From: Utricularia gibba
Taxonomy: Eukaryota > Plantae > Magnoliophyta
Assembly: GCA_002189035.1 (NCBI GenBank)
Contig: NEEC01000037.1
Coordinates: 1 to 59,695, forward strand
Length of the DNA: 59,695 bases
Direction of reading: 5' to 3'
Each line of letters starts with the position of its first letter. Position 1 is the first letter of the stretch. Under the pieces are notes generated by a model. It made no database searches, was not told where the DNA came from, and worked only from the letters and a program-made list of their open reading frames with translations. The position numbers and the translations under genes are program-made. Positions 10,457 to 25,400 of this stretch are shown one piece after another.

Positions 10457-13400
10457 TTGTCTTCAGACCGGAATGTCCTTCTTCGAGGTTCACTTCATTG
10501 TGGTGCACTCGGGTTGTTCCGCTTGTATTTCCTCACGAGAGGAGATACGTTTGTGTCCTCCTTCACTTCATGGAAAGATGTGGGAGCACGCAGCAGATTA
10601 TGGAGATTTGAAACAGAACACACATCACGAGGCAACCTAACGACGCAGCAACCAGCCCGACCTCGGTCTACCTGGAGCACCATCAATGAGCATGGCGTTG
10701 GAAGTGGCATACTCTACATGCAAAACGTAACCACCACCTCCTCTGACGTATGCTCGGTTCTCCTTGTAGGTGGAGTGGATGGTGGTCCCGATGACGCGCC
10801 TCCTACATGCACCTCGAACCACGCAGGTAATGCAAGCACACGCAACATCATGCGTCTTCACTCCACAGCAGGAGGCTCCATGCATGTTTCTAACAGCATC
10901 GATCATTCGCTCCCCTTCATTTCGAGCTTCACGAGATGGCTGGAATACCATCGAAACCCTGCATATCTTTCCTGGAGCACCCGCCCAAGTGCGACAAAGC
11001 TCCTATTTTCTTAGGACATCCGCGTCATGGCCATTCTTCGTCTCAACTTGTTTTCCCAGAGTGGGCTCGAAGGCGACGATCCGTTAACATGCAGCAAAGG
11101 AAGCCAACACTCGCCAACAGAAGGTCACGCTTTGCGGAAACCATGCTCTCTAAAAGGCATTGCATAACAATCCGAACGAGCTCACCAGCAGGAACTCAGG
11201 GAACGTGAGTTGGGACATGATGAAAGGGAAGTATGAGGCGAATTCGCATTCCAATGTTATCACTATTTGCGATCCCAAAATTGAATCCAAAAGTTCGTAG
11301 CAGAGAGGCTGCAAAAAACTACAGAAATCGGTTCTCGAAGGCCGTACCAGCATTCCAACATGAGGGGCACACGCAAAGGGATCCTTGGAGCAACAAACGG
11401 TGGTACGCATACGCGACCAGGGTTGCGCCCAAAGTCATCGATCCTGGATCGCGGCGTTGTGAACGTCGTTTTCACAATCGTGTAGCTGTGTAGAACCATT
11501 CAAGCTGTAGAATGCAAGGTGCGCCTACATGTCCGGTGGTTCGAAGGAGCGTTCATCCGCATGAGGTTTCTGCGAGTCCAAGGGTTGGAATGCAGTCAAT
11601 TAGCCATGGGAGTAAGAAAAAAAGACGAACAAGTCGAGAAACCCTCCAAAAGGGCGCGGTGTCTAGAACACCTCCTTTGAGAATGGAGGGCGGATGGAAC
11701 TTGCTCCACATGCCGCGAATGGAGATATGCATACGAAAAAACACCAACATCGGGTCACCGACGTCGTTGCCAAGGAACTCTCTACAAGCACCGTGTGACG
11801 ACCTCCTTTGCAGCTATTGGATCCCCCTGCGGAGTGTCTCCGTACCTCGAAAAAACGAGCTTTCTACGGTAGCTCGTTTTCAGGAGCGCATGGCTCTTGA
11901 AACTCAGCACATGGATTCGCAATGATGGCAAGGGAGAGCACGTCCAATGGCGTAGTTACCGCGCCGCAATCGCATTCGAGGAGAAAAGAAGTTGTTTGGA
12001 AAAGAATTGGGCATCAAGGAAGACCGTTCAAATAGGCTCACGAAATTTGGAATTGGAGCAGCAGTACGTGTGACTTGTGTTGCTCCACCATTATGTGCGT
12101 CGATGGGTGTAGCGTGTTTGCGCAGTTTCACAAGGATACAGGGTGGCGAACAGTAGTTTGCAATAAGCATGAAGCGGGGGGTACCGCTTGTGCACAAAAA
12201 GCTATAAAAGCTGTCCTTGTATAATTTCCCATGGGTATGAACCAGGTGCCGGGTTCACACGCAAGCCTTCAGGTGAATCTACGTGACGATATTCATTCCA
12301 AGCTCCGTCGGATAGTGCCACCCTCGATAGCCAGCATATCAATGCTATCTTGACAGGCTGCTGACGGGAATCGACAGTCCCCGAGCTCACTTTTTGCTAC
12401 ATGGATTTAAAGAAGTTGAGTAGCTTATGTTTGTATGCAGAACACGAGAAGTCCCCATCCGTCGCAGAAAAGGGGCGTGGATAGATGTGAGTGTTGCCAC
12501 TCCCTTCTCTATGACCTTAAAATCGTGTATTTGTGTGCTTCTTGCGGTTTGTCTTCAGACCGGAATGTCCTTCTTCGAGGTTCACTTCATTGTGGTGCAC
12601 TCGGGTTGTTCCGCTTGTATTTCCTCACGAGAGGAGATACGTTTGTGTCCTCCTTCACTTCATGGAAAGATGTGGGAGCACGCAGCAGATTATGGAGATT
12701 TGAAACAGAACACACATCACGAGGCAACCTAACGACGCAGCAACCAGCCCGACCTCGGTCTACCTGGAGCACCATCAATGAGCATGGCGTTGGAAGTGGC
12801 ATACTCTACATGCAAAACGTAACCACCACCTCCTCTGACGTATGCTCGGTTCTCCTTGTAGGTGGAGTGGATGGTGGTCCCGATGACGCGCCTCCTACAT
12901 GCACCTCGAACCACGCAGGTAATGCAAGCACACGCAACATCATGCGTCTTCACTCCACAGCAGGAGGCTCCATGCATGTTTCTAACAGCATCGATCATTC
13001 GCTCCCCTTCATTTCGAGCTTCACGAGATGGCTGGAATACCATCGAAACCCTGCATATCTTTCCTGGAGCACCCGCCCAAGTGCGACAAAGCTCCTATTT
13101 TCTTAGGACATCCGCGTCATGGCCATTCTTCGTCTCAACTTGTTTTCCCAGAGTGGGCTCGAAGGCGACGATCCGTTAACATGCAGCAAAGGAAGCCAAC
13201 ACTCGCCAACAGAAGGTCACGCTTTGCGGAAACCATGCTCTCTAAAAGGCATTGCATAACAATCCGAACGAGCTCACCAGCAGGAACTCAGGGAACGTGA
13301 GTTGGGACATGATGAAAGGGAAGTATGAGGCGAATTCGCATTCCAATGTTATCACTATTTGCGATCCCAAAATTGAATCCAAAAGTTCGTAGCAGAGAGG

Positions 13401-16400
13401 CTGCAAAAAACTACAGAAATCGGTTCTCGAAGGCCGTACCAGCATTCCAACATGAGGGGCACACGCAAAGGGATCCTTGGAGCAACAAACGGTGGTACGC
13501 ATACGCGACCAGGGTTGCGCCCAAAGTCATCGATCCTGGATCGCGGCGTTGTGAACGTCGTTTTCACAATCGTGTAGCTGTGTAGAACCATTCAAGCTGT
13601 AGAATGCAAGGTGCGCCTACATGTCCGGTGGTTCGAAGGAGCGTTCATCCGCATGAGGTTTCTGCGAGTCCAAGGGTTGGAATGCAGTCAATTAGCCATG
13701 GGAGTAAGAAAAAAAGACGAACAAGTCGAGAAACCCTCCAAAAGGGCGCGGTGTCTAGAACACCTCCTTTGAGAATGGAGGGCGGATGGAACTTGCTCCA
13801 CATGCCGCGAATGGAGATATGCATACGAAAAAACACCAACATCGGGTCACCGACGTCGTTGCCAAGGAACTCTCTACAAGCACCGTGTGACGACCTCCTT
13901 TGCAGCTATTGGATCCCCCTGCGGAGTGTCTCCGTACCTCGAAAAAACGAGCTTTCTACGGTAGCTCGTTTTCAGGAGCGCATGGCTCTTGAAACTCAGC
14001 ACATGGATTCGCAATGATGGCAAGGGAGAGCACGTCCAATGGCGTAGTTACCGCGCCGCAATCGCATTCGAGGAGAAAAGAAGTTGTTTGGAAAAGAATT
14101 GGGCATCAAGGAAGACCGTTCAAATAGGCTCACGAAATTTGGAATTGGAGCAGCAGTACGTGTGACTTGTGTTGCTCCACCATTATGTGCGTCGATGGGT
14201 GTAGCGTGTTTGCGCAGTTTCACAAGGATACAGGGTGGCGAACAGTAGTTTGCAATAAGCATGAAGCGGGGGGTACCGCTTGTGCACAAAAAGCTATAAA
14301 AGCTGTCCTTGTATAATTTCCCATGGGTATGAACCAGGTGCCGGGTTCACACGCAAGCCTTCAGGTGAATCTACGTGACGATATTCATTCCAAGCTCCGT
14401 CGGATAGTGCCACCCTCGATAGCCAGCATATCAATGCTATCTTGACAGGCTGCTGACGGGAATCGACAGTCCCCGAGCTCACTTTTTGCTACATGGATTT
14501 AAAGAAGTTGAGTAGCTTATGTTTGTATGCAGAACACGAGAAGTCCCCATCCGTCGCAGAAAAGGGGCGTGGATAGATGTGAGTGTTGCCACTCCCTTCT
14601 CTATGACCTTAAAATCGTGTATTTGTGTGCTTCTTGCGGTTTGTCTTCAGACCGGAATGTCCTTCTTCGAGGTTCACTTCATTGTGGTGCACTCGGGTTG
14701 TTCCGCTTGTATTTCCTCACGAGAGGAGATACGTTTGTGTCCTCCTTCACTTCATGGAAAGATGTGGGAGCACGCAGCAGATTATGGAGATTTGAAACAG
14801 AACACACATCACGAGGCAACCTAACGACGCAGCAACCAGCCCGACCTCGGTCTACCTGGAGCACCATCAATGAGCATGGCGTTGGAAGTGGCATACTCTA
14901 CATGCAAAACGTAACCACCACCTCCTCTGACGTATGCTCGGTTCTCCTTGTAGGTGGAGTGGATGGTGGTCCCGATGACGCGCCTCCTACATGCACCTCG
15001 AACCACGCAGGTAATGCAAGCACACGCAACATCATGCGTCTTCACTCCACAGCAGGAGGCTCCATGCATGTTTCTAACAGCATCGATCATTCGCTCCCCT
15101 TCATTTCGAGCTTCACGAGATGGCTGGAATACCATCGAAACCCTGCATATCTTTCCTGGAGCACCCGCCCAAGTGCGACAAAGCTCCTATTTTCTTAGGA
15201 CATCCGCGTCATGGCCATTCTTCGTCTCAACTTGTTTTCCCAGAGTGGGCTCGAAGGCGACGATCCGTTAACATGCAGCAAAGGAAGCCAACACTCGCCA
15301 ACAGAAGGTCACGCTTTGCGGAAACCATGCTCTCTAAAAGGCATTGCATAACAATCCGAACGAGCTCACCAGCAGGAACTCAGGGAACGTGAGTTGGGAC
15401 ATGATGAAAGGGAAGTATGAGGCGAATTCGCATTCCAATGTTATCACTATTTGCGATCCCAAAATTGAATCCAAAAGTTCGTAGCAGAGAGGCTGCAAAA
15501 AACTACAGAAATCGGTTCTCGAAGGCCGTACCAGCATTCCAACATGAGGGGCACACGCAAAGGGATCCTTGGAGCAACAAACGGTGGTACGCATACGCGA
15601 CCAGGGTTGCGCCCAAAGTCATCGATCCTGGATCGCGGCGTTGTGAACGTCGTTTTCACAATCGTGTAGCTGTGTAGAACCATTCAAGCTGTAGAATGCA
15701 AGGTGCGCCTACATGTCCGGTGGTTCGAAGGAGCGTTCATCCGCATGAGGTTTCTGCGAGTCCAAGGGTTGGAATGCAGTCAATTAGCCATGGGAGTAAG
15801 AAAAAAAGACGAACAAGTCGAGAAACCCTCCAAAAGGGCGCGGTGTCTAGAACACCTCCTTTGAGAATGGAGGGCGGATGGAACTTGCTCCACATGCCGC
15901 GAATGGAGATATGCATACGAAAAAACACCAACATCGGGTCACCGACGTCGTTGCCAAGGAACTCTCTACAAGCACCGTGTGACGACCTCCTTTGCAGCTA
16001 TTGGATCCCCCTGCGGAGTGTCTCCGTACCTCGAAAAAACGAGCTTTCTACGGTAGCTCGTTTTCAGGAGCGCATGGCTCTTGAAACTCAGCACATGGAT
16101 TCGCAATGATGGCAAGGGAGAGCACGTCCAATGGCGTAGTTACCGCGCCGCAATCGCATTCGAGGAGAAAAGAAGTTGTTTGGAAAAGAATTGGGCATCA
16201 AGGAAGACCGTTCAAATAGGCTCACGAAATTTGGAATTGGAGCAGCAGTACGTGTGACTTGTGTTGCTCCACCATTATGTGCGTCGATGGGTGTAGCGTG
16301 TTTGCGCAGTTTCACAAGGATACAGGGTGGCGAACAGTAGTTTGCAATAAGCATGAAGCGGGGGGTACCGCTTGTGCACAAAAAGCTATAAAAGCTGTCC

Positions 16401-19400
16401 TTGTATAATTTCCCATGGGTATGAACCAGGTGCCGGGTTCACACGCAAGCCTTCAGGTGAATCTACGTGACGATATTCATTCCAAGCTCCGTCGGATAGT
16501 GCCACCCTCGATAGCCAGCATATCAATGCTATCTTGACAGGCTGCTGACGGGAATCGACAGTCCCCGAGCTCACTTTTTGCTACATGGATTTAAAGAAGT
16601 TGAGTAGCTTATGTTTGTATGCAGAACACGAGAAGTCCCCATCCGTCGCAGAAAAGGGGCGTGGATAGATGTGAGTGTTGCCACTCCCTTCTCTATGACC
16701 TTAAAATCGTGTATTTGTGTGCTTCTTGCGGTTTGTCTTCAGACCGGAATGTCCTTCTTCGAGGTTCACTTCATTGTGGTGCACTCGGGTTGTTCCGCTT
16801 GTATTTCCTCACGAGAGGAGATACGTTTGTGTCCTCCTTCACTTCATGGAAAGATGTGGGAGCACGCAGCAGATTATGGAGATTTGAAACAGAACACACA
16901 TCACGAGGCAACCTAACGACGCAGCAACCAGCCCGACCTCGGTCTACCTGGAGCACCATCAATGAGCATGGCGTTGGAAGTGGCATACTCTACATGCAAA
17001 ACGTAACCACCACCTCCTCTGACGTATGCTCGGTTCTCCTTGTAGGTGGAGTGGATGGTGGTCCCGATGACGCGCCTCCTACATGCACCTCGAACCACGC
17101 AGGTAATGCAAGCACACGCAACATCATGCGTCTTCACTCCACAGCAGGAGGCTCCATGCATGTTTCTAACAGCATCGATCATTCGCTCCCCTTCATTTCG
17201 AGCTTCACGAGATGGCTGGAATACCATCGAAACCCTGCATATCTTTCCTGGAGCACCCGCCCAAGTGCGACAAAGCTCCTATTTTCTTAGGACATCCGCG
17301 TCATGGCCATTCTTCGTCTCAACTTGTTTTCCCAGAGTGGGCTCGAAGGCGACGATCCGTTAACATGCAGCAAAGGAAGCCAACACTCGCCAACAGAAGG
17401 TCACGCTTTGCGGAAACCATGCTCTCTAAAAGGCATTGCATAACAATCCGAACGAGCTCACCAGCAGGAACTCAGGGAACGTGAGTTGGGACATGATGAA
17501 AGGGAAGTATGAGGCGAATTCGCATTCCAATGTTATCACTATTTGCGATCCCAAAATTGAATCCAAAAGTTCGTAGCAGAGAGGCTGCAAAAAACTACAG
17601 AAATCGGTTCTCGAAGGCCGTACCAGCATTCCAACATGAGGGGCACACGCAAAGGGATCCTTGGAGCAACAAACGGTGGTACGCATACGCGACCAGGGTT
17701 GCGCCCAAAGTCATCGATCCTGGATCGCGGCGTTGTGAACGTCGTTTTCACAATCGTGTAGCTGTGTAGAACCATTCAAGCTGTAGAATGCAAGGTGCGC
17801 CTACATGTCCGGTGGTTCGAAGGAGCGTTCATCCGCATGAGGTTTCTGCGAGTCCAAGGGTTGGAATGCAGTCAATTAGCCATGGGAGTAAGAAAAAAAG
17901 ACGAACAAGTCGAGAAACCCTCCAAAAGGGCGCGGTGTCTAGAACACCTCCTTTGAGAATGGAGGGCGGATGGAACTTGCTCCACATGCCGCGAATGGAG
18001 ATATGCATACGAAAAAACACCAACATCGGGTCACCGACGTCGTTGCCAAGGAACTCTCTACAAGCACCGTGTGACGACCTCCTTTGCAGCTATTGGATCC
18101 CCCTGCGGAGTGTCTCCGTACCTCGAAAAAACGAGCTTTCTACGGTAGCTCGTTTTCAGGAGCGCATGGCTCTTGAAACTCAGCACATGGATTCGCAATG
18201 ATGGCAAGGGAGAGCACGTCCAATGGCGTAGTTACCGCGCCGCAATCGCATTCGAGGAGAAAAGAAGTTGTTTGGAAAAGAATTGGGCATCAAGGAAGAC
18301 CGTTCAAATAGGCTCACGAAATTTGGAATTGGAGCAGCAGTACGTGTGACTTGTGTTGCTCCACCATTATGTGCGTCGATGGGTGTAGCGTGTTTGCGCA
18401 GTTTCACAAGGATACAGGGTGGCGAACAGTAGTTTGCAATAAGCATGAAGCGGGGGGTACCGCTTGTGCACAAAAAGCTATAAAAGCTGTCCTTGTATAA
18501 TTTCCCATGGGTATGAACCAGGTGCCGGGTTCACACGCAAGCCTTCAGGTGAATCTACGTGACGATATTCATTCCAAGCTCCGTCGGATAGTGCCACCCT
18601 CGATAGCCAGCATATCAATGCTATCTTGACAGGCTGCTGACGGGAATCGACAGTCCCCGAGCTCACTTTTTGCTACATGGATTTAAAGAAGTTGAGTAGC
18701 TTATGTTTGTATGCAGAACACGAGAAGTCCCCATCCGTCGCAGAAAAGGGGCGTGGATAGATGTGAGTGTTGCCACTCCCTTCTCTATGACCTTAAAATC
18801 GTGTATTTGTGTGCTTCTTGCGGTTTGTCTTCAGACCGGAATGTCCTTCTTCGAGGTTCACTTCATTGTGGTGCACTCGGGTTGTTCCGCTTGTATTTCC
18901 TCACGAGAGGAGATACGTTTGTGTCCTCCTTCACTTCATGGAAAGATGTGGGAGCACGCAGCAGATTATGGAGATTTGAAACAGAACACACATCACGAGG
19001 CAACCTAACGACGCAGCAACCAGCCCGACCTCGGTCTACCTGGAGCACCATCAATGAGCATGGCGTTGGAAGTGGCATACTCTACATGCAAAACGTAACC
19101 ACCACCTCCTCTGACGTATGCTCGGTTCTCCTTGTAGGTGGAGTGGATGGTGGTCCCGATGACGCGCCTCCTACATGCACCTCGAACCACGCAGGTAATG
19201 CAAGCACACGCAACATCATGCGTCTTCACTCCACAGCAGGAGGCTCCATGCATGTTTCTAACAGCATCGATCATTCGCTCCCCTTCATTTCGAGCTTCAC
19301 GAGATGGCTGGAATACCATCGAAACCCTGCATATCTTTCCTGGAGCACCCGCCCAAGTGCGACAAAGCTCCTATTTTCTTAGGACATCCGCGTCATGGCC

Positions 19401-22400
19401 ATTCTTCGTCTCAACTTGTTTTCCCAGAGTGGGCTCGAAGGCGACGATCCGTTAACATGCAGCAAAGGAAGCCAACACTCGCCAACAGAAGGTCACGCTT
19501 TGCGGAAACCATGCTCTCTAAAAGGCATTGCATAACAATCCGAACGAGCTCACCAGCAGGAACTCAGGGAACGTGAGTTGGGACATGATGAAAGGGAAGT
19601 ATGAGGCGAATTCGCATTCCAATGTTATCACTATTTGCGATCCCAAAATTGAATCCAAAAGTTCGTAGCAGAGAGGCTGCAAAAAACTACAGAAATCGGT
19701 TCTCGAAGGCCGTACCAGCATTCCAACATGAGGGGCACACGCAAAGGGATCCTTGGAGCAACAAACGGTGGTACGCATACGCGACCAGGGTTGCGCCCAA
19801 AGTCATCGATCCTGGATCGCGGCGTTGTGAACGTCGTTTTCACAATCGTGTAGCTGTGTAGAACCATTCAAGCTGTAGAATGCAAGGTGCGCCTACATGT
19901 CCGGTGGTTCGAAGGAGCGTTCATCCGCATGAGGTTTCTGCGAGTCCAAGGGTTGGAATGCAGTCAATTAGCCATGGGAGTAAGAAAAAAAGACGAACAA
20001 GTCGAGAAACCCTCCAAAAGGGCGCGGTGTCTAGAACACCTCCTTTGAGAATGGAGGGCGGATGGAACTTGCTCCACATGCCGCGAATGGAGATATGCAT
20101 ACGAAAAAACACCAACATCGGGTCACCGACGTCGTTGCCAAGGAACTCTCTACAAGCACCGTGTGACGACCTCCTTTGCAGCTATTGGATCCCCCTGCGG
20201 AGTGTCTCCGTACCTCGAAAAAACGAGCTTTCTACGGTAGCTCGTTTTCAGGAGCGCATGGCTCTTGAAACTCAGCACATGGATTCGCAATGATGGCAAG
20301 GGAGAGCACGTCCAATGGCGTAGTTACCGCGCCGCAATCGCATTCGAGGAGAAAAGAAGTTGTTTGGAAAAGAATTGGGCATCAAGGAAGACCGTTCAAA
20401 TAGGCTCACGAAATTTGGAATTGGAGCAGCAGTACGTGTGACTTGTGTTGCTCCACCATTATGTGCGTCGATGGGTGTAGCGTGTTTGCGCAGTTTCACA
20501 AGGATACAGGGTGGCGAACAGTAGTTTGCAATAAGCATGAAGCGGGGGGTACCGCTTGTGCACAAAAAGCTATAAAAGCTGTCCTTGTATAATTTCCCAT
20601 GGGTATGAACCAGGTGCCGGGTTCACACGCAAGCCTTCAGGTGAATCTACGTGACGATATTCATTCCAAGCTCCGTCGGATAGTGCCACCCTCGATAGCC
20701 AGCATATCAATGCTATCTTGACAGGCTGCTGACGGGAATCGACAGTCCCCGAGCTCACTTTTTGCTACATGGATTTAAAGAAGTTGAGTAGCTTATGTTT
20801 GTATGCAGAACACGAGAAGTCCCCATCCGTCGCAGAAAAGGGGCGTGGATAGATGTGAGTGTTGCCACTCCCTTCTCTATGACCTTAAAATCGTGTATTT
20901 GTGTGCTTCTTGCGGTTTGTCTTCAGACCGGAATGTCCTTCTTCGAGGTTCACTTCATTGTGGTGCACTCGGGTTGTTCCGCTTGTATTTCCTCACGAGA
21001 GGAGATACGTTTGTGTCCTCCTTCACTTCATGGAAAGATGTGGGAGCACGCAGCAGATTATGGAGATTTGAAACAGAACACACATCACGAGGCAACCTAA
21101 CGACGCAGCAACCAGCCCGACCTCGGTCTACCTGGAGCACCATCAATGAGCATGGCGTTGGAAGTGGCATACTCTACATGCAAAACGTAACCACCACCTC
21201 CTCTGACGTATGCTCGGTTCTCCTTGTAGGTGGAGTGGATGGTGGTCCCGATGACGCGCCTCCTACATGCACCTCGAACCACGCAGGTAATGCAAGCACA
21301 CGCAACATCATGCGTCTTCACTCCACAGCAGGAGGCTCCATGCATGTTTCTAACAGCATCGATCATTCGCTCCCCTTCATTTCGAGCTTCACGAGATGGC
21401 TGGAATACCATCGAAACCCTGCATATCTTTCCTGGAGCACCCGCCCAAGTGCGACAAAGCTCCTATTTTCTTAGGACATCCGCGTCATGGCCATTCTTCG
21501 TCTCAACTTGTTTTCCCAGAGTGGGCTCGAAGGCGACGATCCGTTAACATGCAGCAAAGGAAGCCAACACTCGCCAACAGAAGGTCACGCTTTGCGGAAA
21601 CCATGCTCTCTAAAAGGCATTGCATAACAATCCGAACGAGCTCACCAGCAGGAACTCAGGGAACGTGAGTTGGGACATGATGAAAGGGAAGTATGAGGCG
21701 AATTCGCATTCCAATGTTATCACTATTTGCGATCCCAAAATTGAATCCAAAAGTTCGTAGCAGAGAGGCTGCAAAAAACTACAGAAATCGGTTCTCGAAG
21801 GCCGTACCAGCATTCCAACATGAGGGGCACACGCAAAGGGATCCTTGGAGCAACAAACGGTGGTACGCATACGCGACCAGGGTTGCGCCCAAAGTCATCG
21901 ATCCTGGATCGCGGCGTTGTGAACGTCGTTTTCACAATCGTGTAGCTGTGTAGAACCATTCAAGCTGTAGAATGCAAGGTGCGCCTACATGTCCGGTGGT
22001 TCGAAGGAGCGTTCATCCGCATGAGGTTTCTGCGAGTCCAAGGGTTGGAATGCAGTCAATTAGCCATGGGAGTAAGAAAAAAAGACGAACAAGTCGAGAA
22101 ACCCTCCAAAAGGGCGCGGTGTCTAGAACACCTCCTTTGAGAATGGAGGGCGGATGGAACTTGCTCCACATGCCGCGAATGGAGATATGCATACGAAAAA
22201 ACACCAACATCGGGTCACCGACGTCGTTGCCAAGGAACTCTCTACAAGCACCGTGTGACGACCTCCTTTGCAGCTATTGGATCCCCCTGCGGAGTGTCTC
22301 CGTACCTCGAAAAAACGAGCTTTCTACGGTAGCTCGTTTTCAGGAGCGCATGGCTCTTGAAACTCAGCACATGGATTCGCAATGATGGCAAGGGAGAGCA

Positions 22401-25400
22401 CGTCCAATGGCGTAGTTACCGCGCCGCAATCGCATTCGAGGAGAAAAGAAGTTGTTTGGAAAAGAATTGGGCATCAAGGAAGACCGTTCAAATAGGCTCA
22501 CGAAATTTGGAATTGGAGCAGCAGTACGTGTGACTTGTGTTGCTCCACCATTATGTGCGTCGATGGGTGTAGCGTGTTTGCGCAGTTTCACAAGGATACA
22601 GGGTGGCGAACAGTAGTTTGCAATAAGCATGAAGCGGGGGGTACCGCTTGTGCACAAAAAGCTATAAAAGCTGTCCTTGTATAATTTCCCATGGGTATGA
22701 ACCAGGTGCCGGGTTCACACGCAAGCCTTCAGGTGAATCTACGTGACGATATTCATTCCAAGCTCCGTCGGATAGTGCCACCCTCGATAGCCAGCATATC
22801 AATGCTATCTTGACAGGCTGCTGACGGGAATCGACAGTCCCCGAGCTCACTTTTTGCTACATGGATTTAAAGAAGTTGAGTAGCTTATGTTTGTATGCAG
22901 AACACGAGAAGTCCCCATCCGTCGCAGAAAAGGGGCGTGGATAGATGTGAGTGTTGCCACTCCCTTCTCTATGACCTTAAAATCGTGTATTTGTGTGCTT
23001 CTTGCGGTTTGTCTTCAGACCGGAATGTCCTTCTTCGAGGTTCACTTCATTGTGGTGCACTCGGGTTGTTCCGCTTGTATTTCCTCACGAGAGGAGATAC
23101 GTTTGTGTCCTCCTTCACTTCATGGAAAGATGTGGGAGCACGCAGCAGATTATGGAGATTTGAAACAGAACACACATCACGAGGCAACCTAACGACGCAG
23201 CAACCAGCCCGACCTCGGTCTACCTGGAGCACCATCAATGAGCATGGCGTTGGAAGTGGCATACTCTACATGCAAAACGTAACCACCACCTCCTCTGACG
23301 TATGCTCGGTTCTCCTTGTAGGTGGAGTGGATGGTGGTCCCGATGACGCGCCTCCTACATGCACCTCGAACCACGCAGGTAATGCAAGCACACGCAACAT
23401 CATGCGTCTTCACTCCACAGCAGGAGGCTCCATGCATGTTTCTAACAGCATCGATCATTCGCTCCCCTTCATTTCGAGCTTCACGAGATGGCTGGAATAC
23501 CATCGAAACCCTGCATATCTTTCCTGGAGCACCCGCCCAAGTGCGACAAAGCTCCTATTTTCTTAGGACATCCGCGTCATGGCCATTCTTCGTCTCAACT
23601 TGTTTTCCCAGAGTGGGCTCGAAGGCGACGATCCGTTAACATGCAGCAAAGGAAGCCAACACTCGCCAACAGAAGGTCACGCTTTGCGGAAACCATGCTC
23701 TCTAAAAGGCATTGCATAACAATCCGAACGAGCTCACCAGCAGGAACTCAGGGAACGTGAGTTGGGACATGATGAAAGGGAAGTATGAGGCGAATTCGCA
23801 TTCCAATGTTATCACTATTTGCGATCCCAAAATTGAATCCAAAAGTTCGTAGCAGAGAGGCTGCAAAAAACTACAGAAATCGGTTCTCGAAGGCCGTACC
23901 AGCATTCCAACATGAGGGGCACACGCAAAGGGATCCTTGGAGCAACAAACGGTGGTACGCATACGCGACCAGGGTTGCGCCCAAAGTCATCGATCCTGGA
24001 TCGCGGCGTTGTGAACGTCGTTTTCACAATCGTGTAGCTGTGTAGAACCATTCAAGCTGTAGAATGCAAGGTGCGCCTACATGTCCGGTGGTTCGAAGGA
24101 GCGTTCATCCGCATGAGGTTTCTGCGAGTCCAAGGGTTGGAATGCAGTCAATTAGCCATGGGAGTAAGAAAAAAAGACGAACAAGTCGAGAAACCCTCCA
24201 AAAGGGCGCGGTGTCTAGAACACCTCCTTTGAGAATGGAGGGCGGATGGAACTTGCTCCACATGCCGCGAATGGAGATATGCATACGAAAAAACACCAAC
24301 ATCGGGTCACCGACGTCGTTGCCAAGGAACTCTCTACAAGCACCGTGTGACGACCTCCTTTGCAGCTATTGGATCCCCCTGCGGAGTGTCTCCGTACCTC
24401 GAAAAAACGAGCTTTCTACGGTAGCTCGTTTTCAGGAGCGCATGGCTCTTGAAACTCAGCACATGGATTCGCAATGATGGCAAGGGAGAGCACGTCCAAT
24501 GGCGTAGTTACCGCGCCGCAATCGCATTCGAGGAGAAAAGAAGTTGTTTGGAAAAGAATTGGGCATCAAGGAAGACCGTTCAAATAGGCTCACGAAATTT
24601 GGAATTGGAGCAGCAGTACGTGTGACTTGTGTTGCTCCACCATTATGTGCGTCGATGGGTGTAGCGTGTTTGCGCAGTTTCACAAGGATACAGGGTGGCG
24701 AACAGTAGTTTGCAATAAGCATGAAGCGGGGGGTACCGCTTGTGCACAAAAAGCTATAAAAGCTGTCCTTGTATAATTTCCCATGGGTATGAACCAGGTG
24801 CCGGGTTCACACGCAAGCCTTCAGGTGAATCTACGTGACGATATTCATTCCAAGCTCCGTCGGATAGTGCCACCCTCGATAGCCAGCATATCAATGCTAT
24901 CTTGACAGGCTGCTGACGGGAATCGACAGTCCCCGAGCTCACTTTTTGCTACATGGATTTAAAGAAGTTGAGTAGCTTATGTTTGTATGCAGAACACGAG
25001 AAGTCCCCATCCGTCGCAGAAAAGGGGCGTGGATAGATGTGAGTGTTGCCACTCCCTTCTCTATGACCTTAAAATCGTGTATTTGTGTGCTTCTTGCGGT
25101 TTGTCTTCAGACCGGAATGTCCTTCTTCGAGGTTCACTTCATTGTGGTGCACTCGGGTTGTTCCGCTTGTATTTCCTCACGAGAGGAGATACGTTTGTGT
25201 CCTCCTTCACTTCATGGAAAGATGTGGGAGCACGCAGCAGATTATGGAGATTTGAAACAGAACACACATCACGAGGCAACCTAACGACGCAGCAACCAGC
25301 CCGACCTCGGTCTACCTGGAGCACCATCAATGAGCATGGCGTTGGAAGTGGCATACTCTACATGCAAAACGTAACCACCACCTCCTCTGACGTATGCTCG